Shown here: piece by piece, positions 17,164 through 26,200 of the stretch
Layout of the letters: every line of letters starts with the position of its first letter
Numbering within the stretch: position 1 is the stretch's first letter
IMG/VR virus record: IMGVR_UViG_3300036783_000146
Span: 1 to 35,656 of that record
Reading direction: 5' to 3' (one strand)
Length of the DNA stretch: 35,656 nt
Source: a virus
Taxonomy: Duplodnaviria > Caudoviricetes
Notes under the pieces: generated by a model
What the model saw: the letters and a program-made list of their open reading frames with translations, nothing else
The model's database searches: none
What the model was told of the DNA's origin: nothing
Program-made: the position numbers and the translations under genes

Positions 17164-17753
17164 TGGCCACAATCAAAGTCACGCTGGATGACAGCGCTAT
17201 CAACAAACGCCTGCAGCAGCTCGTTGGCGTGATGGATAAACCGCGCCCCTTGATGCTGCAGATTGCTGAAACCCTGCATTTCCACAGTATGCAGATGTTT
17301 GAGCAACAGGGGTTTCCCGCCAGTTCCTGGCCAGCCTTACGGCCCAGCACTATCCGGGCCAGGACAAAGCAAGGCCATTGGCCGGGTAAAATTCTGCAGG
17401 TCACAGGACAGTTGGCCAGCTCGATACAAACGGCTGCCGGTGATGATTACGCGCAGATCGGAACTAACATGGTCTATGCTCCCATTCAGCACCTGGGCGG
17501 CACCATTAAGCGCACGGGCCACGTCAGGCTGCGTACTGACCGCAAAGGAAACCTGCTCAAGAATAGCGACCATAGCAATCTGGCAATCTTTGCCAAGCGT
17601 TCGCACAAGCAGGCCGTGGCCCGAGCGGTCAATTACAGCATCGTGATCAAGCCGCGTCCCTTCCTGCCTATGACCTCAACCGGTCAGTTGATCCCACCTG
17701 CGTTTGAAGCAGTCATGGCCATCCTGAATAACGCATTTATGAATACCCGCTAG
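17163..17753 (+). CDS. Virion morphogenesis protein (Mu gpG)
   Basis: WPALRPST...ILQVTGQLASSI...IGTNMVYAPIQHLGG...RPFL. Confidence 0.9.
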   Translation: MATIKVTLDDSAINKRLQQLVGVMDKPRPLMLQIAETLHFHSMQMFEQQGFPASSWPALRPSTIRARTKQGHWPGKILQVTGQLASSIQTAAGDDYAQIGTNMVYAPIQHLGGTIKRTGHVRLRTDRKGNLLKNSDHSNLAIFAKRSHKQAVARAVNYSIVIKPRPFLPMTSTGQLIPPAFEAVMAILNNAFMNTR

Positions 17754-17907
17754 AAGCGCCTCACGCCGCTTTTGCGGGCCGTTAACCAAGAGTGATGCAA
17801 CGGCTCACAAAAAAATCCTTAAAAGCGCCTGACGGTTTTTAAAAGGGGTTTAAAACGGGATGTGTTGACGTATGATGCCAAGACTGCTTTTCTCCTCCGC
17901 ATTACCG

Positions 17908-17961
17908 TGACGAACGTCATCGCCTGAATCTGTTTTAGACATCCCGCTACAGTGGCAGCAT
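17908..17961 (+). promoter_or_regulatory. Activator-dependent late promoter (PI-like)
   Basis: TGACGAACGTCATCGCCT-N22-TACAGTGGCAGCAT, matches 9049-9102. Confidence 0.7.
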
Positions 17962-19099
17962 GAAAAGATCTATTGCTGTTGCTGCCCTGGCCTTTGAGCT
18001 GACCCCGACTGGAAACATCATCCAACTGTTTCCTGCAGGTGAGTTTCGCGCTACCGATGGTCGCCCGTCTGAGTGTGCCCACTGGCTGTTAAATGCCGAG
18101 TTGGCGCAGCAAGTCATTGCGCACCTATCTGCCCGCAAAAACAAAATCGTTATTGATTACGAACATCAGACCTTGTTGACCGAGCAGAACGGCCAACCCG
18201 CCCCCGCTGCCGGGTGGTGGCTTGGGTCGGATACCGTCTGGACGGAAACCGGCATGTTTGCCCAGAACGTCGAATGGACGGAAAGCGCCAAGAAGATGAT
18301 CGCCGCTGGAGAATACCGCTATATCAGCCCGGTATTTGCCTACGACAAGAAAACCGGTGCGGTGCTGCAGGTACTCAACGCTGCACTCACCAACAACCCC
18401 GCACTGGATGGCATGAACCATGTTGCCCTGGCGGCTGCCTCTCGTCTCATCGTGCAGGCATCAACTCAAAACCCCACGGAGAAGAAAATGAACGAAGAGC
18501 TGCTAAAGCTGCTGCGTAAGATGCTGGGCCTTGCCGACGATGCCAGTGAAGCCGATGTGTTGGCGGCACTGCAACAGGCGGCCAGTGCCATGCCGAAAGA
18601 AAAAGAAGGTGATGCGAACAGCGCCAGCCTGAGCAAGCTGTTGGAAATGTTCACTACCCAGGCCGCACTGGTGAAAAACCAGGACGATCAAATCACCGCC
18701 CTGAAAACGGCGGCAGTAGCCGCAGCAAGCAAAAACACCCCAGACCCGACGCAGTTTGTCCCGATTGCGGTCGTTACCGACCTTAATCAGCGCCTGGCCG
18801 CACTGACCTCCCGTGTCGATGGCAGCGACCTGGACACATTGGTCACAGCGGCGCTGTCGTCCGGCAAGTTGCTGCCGACTATGGAGCAATGGGCGCGAGA
18901 CATGGGCAAAAAGGACATGGCGGCGTTGCGGGCCTACCTGGACGCAGCGGCCCCCATTGCGGCATTGACACAATCACAAACGGGCGGCACTCCGCCAACT
19001 GGCGATACACAGGGGCTGACAGCCGTCGAGCTGCAAGCTGCTGCGTTGACGGGCTTAACTCCGGCAGAGTATGCCGCCGCTAAGAAGGAAGTGAAGTAA
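17960..19099 (+). CDS. Prohead protease (Mu gpI)
   Basis: IQLFPAGEF..DGRP, IDYEHQT, PAAGW, VEWT, YRYISPVF, ALTNNPALDGM. Confidence 0.93.
   Translation: MKRSIAVAALAFELTPTGNIIQLFPAGEFRATDGRPSECAHWLLNAELAQQVIAHLSARKNKIVIDYEHQTLLTEQNGQPAPAAGWWLGSDTVWTETGMFAQNVEWTESAKKMIAAGEYRYISPVFAYDKKTGAVLQVLNAALTNNPALDGMNHVALAAASRLIVQASTQNPTEKKMNEELLKLLRKMLGLADDASEADVLAALQQAASAMPKEKEGDANSASLSKLLEMFTTQAALVKNQDDQITALKTAAVAAASKNTPDPTQFVPIAVVTDLNQRLAALTSRVDGSDLDTLVTAALSSGKLLPTMEQWARDMGKKDMAALRAYLDAAAPIAALTQSQTGGTPPTGDTQGLTAVELQAAALTGLTPAEYAAAKKEVK
18488..19099 (+). CDS. Scaffold protein (Mu gpZ), in-frame internal start in I
   Basis: GGAGAAG RBS before in-frame ATG 18488 (MNEELLKLLRKMLGL). Nested I/Z arrangement is known from Mu. 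Confidence 0.7.
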   Translation: MNEELLKLLRKMLGLADDASEADVLAALQQAASAMPKEKEGDANSASLSKLLEMFTTQAALVKNQDDQITALKTAAVAAASKNTPDPTQFVPIAVVTDLNQRLAALTSRVDGSDLDTLVTAALSSGKLLPTMEQWARDMGKKDMAALRAYLDAAAPIAALTQSQTGGTPPTGDTQGLTAVELQAAALTGLTPAEYAAAKKEVK

Positions 19100-20028
19100 T
19101 GGCCATTATTACCCCTGAGTTGGTTAAATCACTGTTTGTCAGCTTTAACAAGTCATTCCAGGATGGGTTACAGAATGCCCCGTCCGAGTACACGAAGATT
19201 GCGACGGTCATCAAATCCACTACGGCGTCGAATATCTACGCCTGGCTGGGGCAGTTCCCGCAGCTTCGTGAATGGGTTGGTAAACGTATTATTCAGGACA
19301 TGAAAACGGATGGTTACGCTATCCGTAACAAACTGTATGAGGCCACCGTAGGTGTCGCCCGTACCGCTATCGAAGATGATAGCGTCAGCGTCTATGCCCC
19401 GATCATGACCGAGGCGGGCCGTGCTGCCGGTGTTTATCCTGATGAGCATATTTTTGCCCTGCTCAGTGATGGTCATAACCAGATTTGTTATGACGGCCAG
19501 AATTTCTTCGATACCGAACATCCGGTGGCCGAGAATGTGGATGGTACGGGCGCTATCACCCTGGTCAGCAACATTCTCACCCCAGAAGCGGGCGACCCGG
19601 TCAGCCCATACCCCTGGTATTTGCTGGATACCACCCGCGCCTTGAAACCACTGATTTTTCAGGAGCGTATCAAGCCAGATTTAAAACCCAAAACCAACGA
19701 CGATACCAGCGATCATGTCTTTATGAATGATGAGTACCTCTACGGTATTCGTGCGCGATCTAACGTGGGCTTTGGCTTCTGGCAGATGGCGGTACGGTCT
19801 ACCAAGCCGTTGAATGCGGCCAGTTTCCAGGAAGCCTATACCTTGCTGCGTAACATGACGGCAGACGGCGGGCGACCTATCAACATTCGCGGCAACCTGC
19901 TGGTTGTACCGCCATCGCTGGCGGAAGCTGCCCGCAAGGTGGTTGGGGTGGCCACGATCAACGGGGGTGAAGATAACCCTAACTACAAGCTGGCGGAAAT
20001 CCTCGATACCCCTTGGCTAAACCAGTAA
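19099..20028 (+). CDS. Major capsid protein (Mu gpT)
   Basis: YAWLGQFPQLREWVG, IEDD, CYDGQNFFDTEHPV, KPLIFQER, GFGFWQMA, LVVPPSL. Confidence 0.95.
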   Translation: MAIITPELVKSLFVSFNKSFQDGLQNAPSEYTKIATVIKSTTASNIYAWLGQFPQLREWVGKRIIQDMKTDGYAIRNKLYEATVGVARTAIEDDSVSVYAPIMTEAGRAAGVYPDEHIFALLSDGHNQICYDGQNFFDTEHPVAENVDGTGAITLVSNILTPEAGDPVSPYPWYLLDTTRALKPLIFQERIKPDLKPKTNDDTSDHVFMNDEYLYGIRARSNVGFGFWQMAVRSTKPLNAASFQEAYTLLRNMTADGGRPINIRGNLLVVPPSLAEAARKVVGVATINGGEDNPNYKLAEILDTPWLNQ

Positions 20029-20077
20029 CTCAGTCTGACCAATAACGTTGCGCCTCCGGGCGCAACTGGAGCACGTA

Positions 20078-20695
20078 ATGAAAAAACCAAAAACAGTGAC
20101 TGATGCCGTTGATCAAAGCGAGAACACCGCACCCGTTGTGGTTGTCGATGGTGTTGATCTAGCGAAGATCATTGCGCCGGTGACCGATGGTGTTGACCAG
20201 GTGCAGACCATCGCGCCAGTGACCGATGGCGTTGACCAGGTGCAGACCATCGCGCCGGTGACCGATGGCGTTGACCAGGTACAGACCATCGCGCCAGTGA
20301 CCGATGGCGTTGACCAGGTGCAGACCATCACGCCAGTGACCGAGGGCGTTGACCAGGTGCAGACCATCGCGCCGGTGACCGATGGCGTTGACCAGGTACA
20401 GACCATCGCGCCGGTGACCGATGGCGTTGACCAGGTACAGACCATCGCGCCGGTGACCGATGGCGTTGACCAGGTGCAGGGCACCACGTCGGTCATCGGG
20501 GGCGTTGACCAGGATAAACCTGGATCATGGTTTACCGTGCAGGTGGTGAAGTCTCCGGCAGGCAAACGAACTCGTGCCGGGATGAGCTTCACCTCATCGG
20601 TTTCTGATCCAATTGATTTCAGCACATTGACTGACGCACAGATTGAGGCGCTGGCCAGTGATCCGTACCTGCGTATCAAGCCGTTCAAGGGGTAA
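20078..20695 (+). CDS. Mu gp35/HI1506-like protein with a 13-aa tandem repeat
   Basis: GGAG RBS, ATG 20078. C-terminal RAGMSF...LTDAQIEALASDPYL. Confidence 0.75.
   Translation: MKKPKTVTDAVDQSENTAPVVVVDGVDLAKIIAPVTDGVDQVQTIAPVTDGVDQVQTIAPVTDGVDQVQTIAPVTDGVDQVQTITPVTEGVDQVQTIAPVTDGVDQVQTIAPVTDGVDQVQTIAPVTDGVDQVQGTTSVIGGVDQDKPGSWFTVQVVKSPAGKRTRAGMSFTSSVSDPIDFSTLTDAQIEALASDPYLRIKPFKG
20171..20482 (+). repeat. Coding VNTR, 8 x 39 bp (IAPVTDGVDQVQT)
   Basis: Near-identical head-to-tail units ATCGCGCCRGTGACCGATGGCGTTGACCAGGTRCAGACC, with degenerate units on both sides. Confidence 0.95.
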
Positions 20696-20698
20696 ACC

Positions 20699-21118
20699 GT
20701 GGACTACTGCACGCTGGATGATCTGATTAAAGCCTTTGGTGAGCCTGAAATCATCCGTATCTCTGACCGTGGGCAGCGTAACGGGCAAGTGAATGAGGAG
20801 GTTGTGACCCGAGCGATCAGCGATGCAGAGGCTGAGATCAACATGTATCTCGAGGGGCGCGGGTTATTGCCGCTCCCCTCACTGCCAGAAGTGATCCGGC
20901 GTATCGCGGTGGATATCTCGCGGTTTTACCTCTACCAGAACCCGAAGGATGACGGGCCGGTGCAGAACGCCTACAAGCAGCGCGTGAAACAGTTGGAAGG
21001 TATCGCCTCCGGCAAGTTGTCGCTGGGCCTGGACGGTGCGGGCAAAGTGATGGAACCCGAGGACTCGGTGATATTCACGCCAGGGCGCAACATGTTTCGG
21101 AGGAATGGCCTGTGGTAA
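20699..21118 (+). CDS. Head-tail adaptor (Mu gp36/DUF1320)
   Basis: YCTLDDLIKAFGE.EI, AISDAEAEINMYL, DISRFYL, IASGKLSLG. Confidence 0.88.
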   Translation: MDYCTLDDLIKAFGEPEIIRISDRGQRNGQVNEEVVTRAISDAEAEINMYLEGRGLLPLPSLPEVIRRIAVDISRFYLYQNPKDDGPVQNAYKQRVKQLEGIASGKLSLGLDGAGKVMEPEDSVIFTPGRNMFRRNGLW

Positions 21119-21582
21119 CTGATTACCTGTTTTGTGAACGGCTGATCATGGAGCGCCTCCGGGCTGAAATCCCAGAGTTTAGCGAGGTGAACAGCGCGGC
21201 GGGCCTGGCGCAGATGCAGGATGAGGAATATGCACCTAACCCGTCCGCTTACGTTATTTACCAGGGCGACGTCATCAACAACAGCGTTGCGGCTACGGGA
21301 GGAGCATTGGCCCGCGCGCAATTTGTGACCCAGCTCTGGGCTGTAGTGATTTGCGTCTATCTGGCGGATGGCCGTGGCCTGGGCGAGGACATTAACAGCG
21401 CAGCGGGGCCATTAATCAAACAGGTGATCGACACTCTGGCTGGTTGGCCACCTGATGCGAAGGTCTGCCGCCCGATGGCTCGCTCTGGCCAGCAGCTCCC
21501 AGCGCAGTATGAAAATGGCTATGGCTATTACCCCCTGGTTTTCCAGGTACAAATACCGGCGGCAATCGGAGGTTATCGATGA
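21112..21582 (+). CDS. Putative tail terminator / head-tail joining protein
   Basis: Position after the adaptor. TQLWAVVI, TLAGWPP and YYPLVF beta-rich pattern. Confidence 0.7.
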   Translation: MVTDYLFCERLIMERLRAEIPEFSEVNSAAGLAQMQDEEYAPNPSAYVIYQGDVINNSVAATGGALARAQFVTQLWAVVICVYLADGRGLGEDINSAAGPLIKQVIDTLAGWPPDAKVCRPMARSGQQLPAQYENGYGYYPLVFQVQIPAAIGGYR

Positions 21583-21773
21583 CCCAACGTGTAGAAATCC
21601 CCGGCCCGCATCGTCACCTGGGCAAGCGCCTGGAACCCGGTGCGGTGATTGAGGTGGACGATGGCACAGCCAACTGGCTGATAAAACACGCCGGGGCAAA
21701 AAAAGTGGCTACTCCGCGTAAAAAACCCGAGACCGGCGCAGTCGCCGACTCACCGACAGAGGAACAGGAATAA
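21579..21773 (+). CDS. Small hypothetical tail-region protein
   Basis: GGAGG RBS. H.H.G...PGAVIEVDDGTANWL. Coupled to both neighbours. Confidence 0.7.
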   Translation: MTQRVEIPGPHRHLGKRLEPGAVIEVDDGTANWLIKHAGAKKVATPRKKPETGAVADSPTEEQE

Positions 21774-22525
21774 TGTCTACAACACCAGAGACGTATTACT
21801 ACGGCCAGGGCAAAGTCTACCTGGCGTTGCGTGATGCTTACGGTCGTCCCCTGGCTCGCCGTTGGGTGGGTGACGTCAGCGATCTGGCCGTTGCGTTATC
21901 GTCCGAAAGCTTTACTCACAAAGAGAGCTATAGCACGTTCCGTGCCCCCGTTCGACGCATTAACACCGGTAATGAGGCAACGGTAACAGCAACCTGGTAC
22001 GAGCATTCACCTGAAAACTTGGCGATCTTGTTGTATGGCGAACAGGTTGTGACGCCAGCGGGAACCGTTACCGGGGAGGCATTGCCAACCGGTATCAAAG
22101 CTGGGGAGCGATACACGTTAGAGCATCAGAACGTCACCGACGTCGAGATTGGTGCATTAGTCCCGGATACGGATTTCACTGTCGATCCTGTCTTTGGAGC
22201 CATTGAGTTTATCACCACCCCAACGGGGTCACCGACTGTCAGTTATAGCCATGCCAGCAGTATCGATACCAGTATGTTTACCCAGAGTCCGGTAGAGCTG
22301 GCATTGCGCTATGAAGGCATCAATATGGCGGAGAACGGTGCGCCGGTGATTGTCGAACTGTACAAAGTGGTCTTTGATCCTGCGTCTGCGCTAAACCTCA
22401 TCAATACGGACACCTCATTGCCAGGACTGGAGACCACGGCGGGCATCTTGCTGGATACGGCGCGGCCTTCTGATGCCAAGTTAGGGCGCTATGGCCGGAT
22501 CACTCATGTCGGGAGCATTACCTAA
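21773..22525 (+). CDS. Major tail tube protein (siphophage type)
   Basis: YYYGQGKVYL...RWVGDVS...HKES...ENLAILLYG...LRYEGIN...VELYK. Precedes the chaperones and TMP, with no sheath gene. Confidence 0.8.
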   Translation: MSTTPETYYYGQGKVYLALRDAYGRPLARRWVGDVSDLAVALSSESFTHKESYSTFRAPVRRINTGNEATVTATWYEHSPENLAILLYGEQVVTPAGTVTGEALPTGIKAGERYTLEHQNVTDVEIGALVPDTDFTVDPVFGAIEFITTPTGSPTVSYSHASSIDTSMFTQSPVELALRYEGINMAENGAPVIVELYKVVFDPASALNLINTDTSLPGLETTAGILLDTARPSDAKLGRYGRITHVGSIT

Positions 22526-22998
22526 TGGCGGATGAGCTGGACATTCTGATGCCGGAGCGGACGCTGCCAGTGAACGGCGTCCAGCTCACGGTGCATGAGT
22601 ACACCCTGGCGGAGCAATTACAGCACCGCCGCCCACTCAAGGCCATCAGTGAGGGCTTGGCGGAGGCGATGAATGCCAATCCCGATGCCGAGGTGTCGAT
22701 TGAGGAATTGTTTGACGTCCTGGGTGAGCGTTGGGATGCGGTCGTGCAGGCGGTAGCCATCGCCTGCAATCAAACGCCTGAATGGGTTGCCGACTTGACC
22801 GGTGCGGACGGCGAGAGCCTGTTGCTGACCTGGTGGGGGGTGAATGCCGATTTTTTTACCCGGAACGCCATTCGGCCCGCCCTGGCAAGGCTGGTGCATC
22901 AACTGCAAAGCCCGCCGAGTGGGGAGACATCTTCTGTTGTCTCATCGACCACGGGCACCGGTTCGGCGACCTCAAGCACTATACCGCCCGCCAGTTGA
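22525..22998 (+). CDS. Tail assembly chaperone (gpG-like)
   Basis: Lies between tail tube and TMP. LLLTWWGVNADFF. Confidence 0.75.
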   Translation: MADELDILMPERTLPVNGVQLTVHEYTLAEQLQHRRPLKAISEGLAEAMNANPDAEVSIEELFDVLGERWDAVVQAVAIACNQTPEWVADLTGADGESLLLTWWGVNADFFTRNAIRPALARLVHQLQSPPSGETSSVVSSTTGTGSATSSTIPPAS

Positions 22999-23138
22999 AG
23001 TTGTTCTATGACCAGGCGCAGCAACGAGAACTCACGGCCCGGATGAACCAGACCCTTGACGGTTACACCAGCTTTGCGGGAGGGAAAACGTTGAAGGGCT
23101 ATATCGACAAGTTTAAACAGGCTTTAAAGCTGCGTTAA
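22851..23138 (+). CDS. Tail assembly chaperone extension (gpT-like), probably reached by -1 frameshift; start approximate
   Basis: The -1 frame encodes WGDIFCCLIDHGHRFGDLKHYTARQLKLF. In-frame slippery candidate T TTT TTT at 22851-22857. Confidence 0.6.
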   Translation, partial: FFYPERHSARPGKAGASTAKPAEWGDIFCCLIDHGHRFGDLKHYTARQLKLFYDQAQQRELTARMNQTLDGYTSFAGGKTLKGYIDKFKQALKLR

Positions 23139-23152
23139 TCCCTCCTTTATAT

Positions 23153-23175
23153 ACCCGCCAGTCTGGCGGGTTTCT
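23153..23175 (+). terminator. Terminator-like hairpin before the tape measure gene
   Basis: ACCCGCCA-GTC-TGGCGGGT followed by TTCT. Confidence 0.55.
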
Positions 23176-23200
23176 ATCAACATTCTGACGGTGATTTACC

Positions 23201-26200
23201 ATGGCAAGCGGCAACGGCAATCTGGAACTGCGCCTGCGTATCCAGGCTGACTTAAAGAATGCGCAAAACTCACTCAAACAGTTTGAGGACGCGTTGAGCG
23301 GGGCTAGCCAGAGCGGTGCCAAGCTTGCCCAATCCGGTCATGCAGCGTCTGGCGGTCTCGATCAGGTTGGCCGTTCTGCAGACAGTGCCAACCAGAAGTT
23401 GAACAAGACCGAGTCCAATATTGATGCGGTGGGCAGCCAATTGGCCCGCCTGAAAACCCTGGCGGGGGCCGTCACCGGCCTGGCCCTGGGTGGGGGGATA
23501 TTATCGAACCTGGCCAGCACGGCGGACGAGTACACCAACCTGGCAGCCCGTATTCGCCTGGTGTCTACCTCAAACGAGCAAGCCGGTACATCATTCAAGT
23601 CAGTGATTAACCTGGCCAGTGCGACCGGGCAAACCATTTCTGCCACTGCCGAACTGTATACTCGCATGGCGCGATCACTGAAAGGCAGCGCCAGCCAGAC
23701 CGAGTTACTGCAGGTGACCAGCGTGATCAACAAGGCCGCTGTTGTCTCCGGGGCCACTGCGCAAGAATCCAGTAATGCCATTATCCAGTTAAGCCAGGGG
23801 TTGGCCTCCGGCACGTTGCGCGGTGAAGAGTTTAACTCTGTCGCTGAACAGATGCCGCGCATTATGGAAATGCTGGAAAAATCCCTGGGTAAAACGCGTG
23901 GCGAACTCCGCGCTATGGCAGAAAAGGGGCTGTTAACGACACAGGTCGTGTTTAAGGCGTTGAAAGACGGGGCCAGTGATGTGGATCAGGAATTTGCCCA
24001 GATGCCCCTCACCATTGCCCGTGCATCTACCGAGATGGCCAACGCCTGGGTGGAGTTCGTCGGCGGCACCAATGATGCCCTGGGGGCATCAAAAGCCATT
24101 GCTGCCGTTATCTCTGGTCTGGCAGGTAACCTTTCCACCCTGACTACAGCGGCAATTGCCCTCGCAGTTGTCATGGGGGGCCGTAAGGTAGCCGCAATGG
24201 TGAGCGCAACCCAGGCGACACGCAGCAACCGGGTAGAGACCCTGCAGTTAGCTGAGGCGGAATATGCGGAAGCTAAAGCCGCCGTGGCAGCAGCGCAAGC
24301 CGAAAGTGCGCGGGCTAAGACCTCCGGCATCACGACGCCTGGGGCCAGAGCCAAAGCCGAGGATGCGTTGACGGCTTCCCTGGTACGTCAGACCGCAGCA
24401 GAAAAAGCGTTGGGGGTAGCGCGGGCGTCAGCGTCTACGTTCGGACGCCTTGGCACAGGGTTGATGGGGCTATTAGGTGGCCCAATGGGGTTGGCCATTA
24501 CAGGGGTTACTCTGGCCGTTGGCGGTCTCAGTGCCGCTTATGCTTCGAACAAAGAGCATGAGGCTGCGCTGGTGCAGCAGCATCAACAGACCATCCAGAC
24601 CCTGGACGATCAACGCCAGAAAACAGAATCGCTGATTGATGCCCAGGGCCGTCTTAAAGGCACGGTAAGCACCGGCGATGCCCTCACCCAGCAGCGCACC
24701 AATACGGACGTGCTTACCGAGGACAGTAAAAAGTTAAGCGATCTGCAGAGCCAGGCGGCAACGCTGAAAATGCAACTAGATGCCCTGGAGAGCAGCCCGA
24801 ACGAGAGCGGGCTGGGGATCATGAGGTTTGCTAAACGTCTGGAAGCCGTACAAAAACAGATTGAGGAACTGACGCCCAAATTCGACAACCTGACGGATGC
24901 CCAGGGAAAACTCTCTGACGAGTTGGATAATCGTTTAACCCGCGCCTTTGATGCAACCCAAGCTAGCGGTAAAACCTTACGCCAGGTGTTTACTGAGTTG
25001 CAGAACGCCGGGCCAGTCGATTGGGCAAATGAGATTGTTCCCCGCCTTACCGCGAGTGAGCAGTCTTTTGCCTCGTTGAGCGCTGAAGCCGATAAGCTAA
25101 AACCCAAGCTTGAGAAAGAACTGGCCGATGCCACCTATACCGCTGTACAGCAATTGGAGCAACTGCGTGATAAAACCATCGCCGCTGCCCTTGCAGCAGG
25201 CCAGGCTCCGGCAGATATCGACAAACTGCGTGAAAGCCTAGAAAAACTGATTAATCTGCAAAAACAGACCGATCAGGCAAAAGAGAACAAGCGCCAGGCC
25301 ACGGCGGCGGCCAGTGCGGCGAAGTCAGCGGCCAAAGCCAGTGAGACCTATGTGCAAGGGTTGGAAAAACAAGCCTTTGCCGTAGGGAAAACCAAGGCCC
25401 AGGTCACGGCCTACGAATTGGCGGAAAAAGGCTTGACGGGTGCGCTTAAAGCCCGTGCCGAAGCGGCGATGGCGGTGATTGCAGCGGGTGAACAAAAAGA
25501 GAAAGCGGACGCCAACGCCATCAAAAATACCCAACTGCAGGCGCAATACCTCAAGGCCACCGGGGATGTGCTGGGCGGTGGCCTGGCAGACGTCCGCGCC
25601 AATATCGCAGAGATGCGCAAAGAGTTTACCAAAACAGGCAACACAGAGGGATTGGCCTGGCTGGATAAGTTGTTGCCGGTGCAGGAAGCCAAGGTGAGAG
25701 CCGATGCGCTGAAAAAGAGCCTGGATGACCTGCAGACCTACCGCAGCCAGAAAGAAAGCAGTATCCAGGCGCAGGTGCAGGCCGGGCTGATTTCCGAGCT
25801 GCAGGGCCGTCGCCAGTTGGTTGCCCTGCACCAGGAAGTTGGCAACAAAATCACCGGGTACTTACCGCAGTTACGCCAGATGGCCACGCTGCCCGGAGAG
25901 GCGGGCGAGCAGATGCGCGAACTGCTGGCCAGCCTCGAAACCGAGTTGATCACCCTCAAATCCACCACCGATGACCTGACAGCCGCGTTTAAAGATGGCC
26001 TGCAGGACGGTATGGAAAGCACTCTTAACGGTATTGCTAACGGTACTTTAAACCTCAGTGATGCGGTGATGAACCTGGCCAAGTCCGTGGTCAATGCCAT
26101 GGCACAGGTCGCCTCACGTAATTTGGCCGGGGTGGCCATGGAGGGATTGGGCAGCGTGACCGATAGCCTCAAGGGGCTGTTTGGTATGGGAGCCAGTGCG

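Noticed and set aside
20171-20482. 39-bp repeats as a CRISPR array
   Set aside because: Units are head-to-tail with no unique spacers, are in frame within a CDS, and there are no cas genes.
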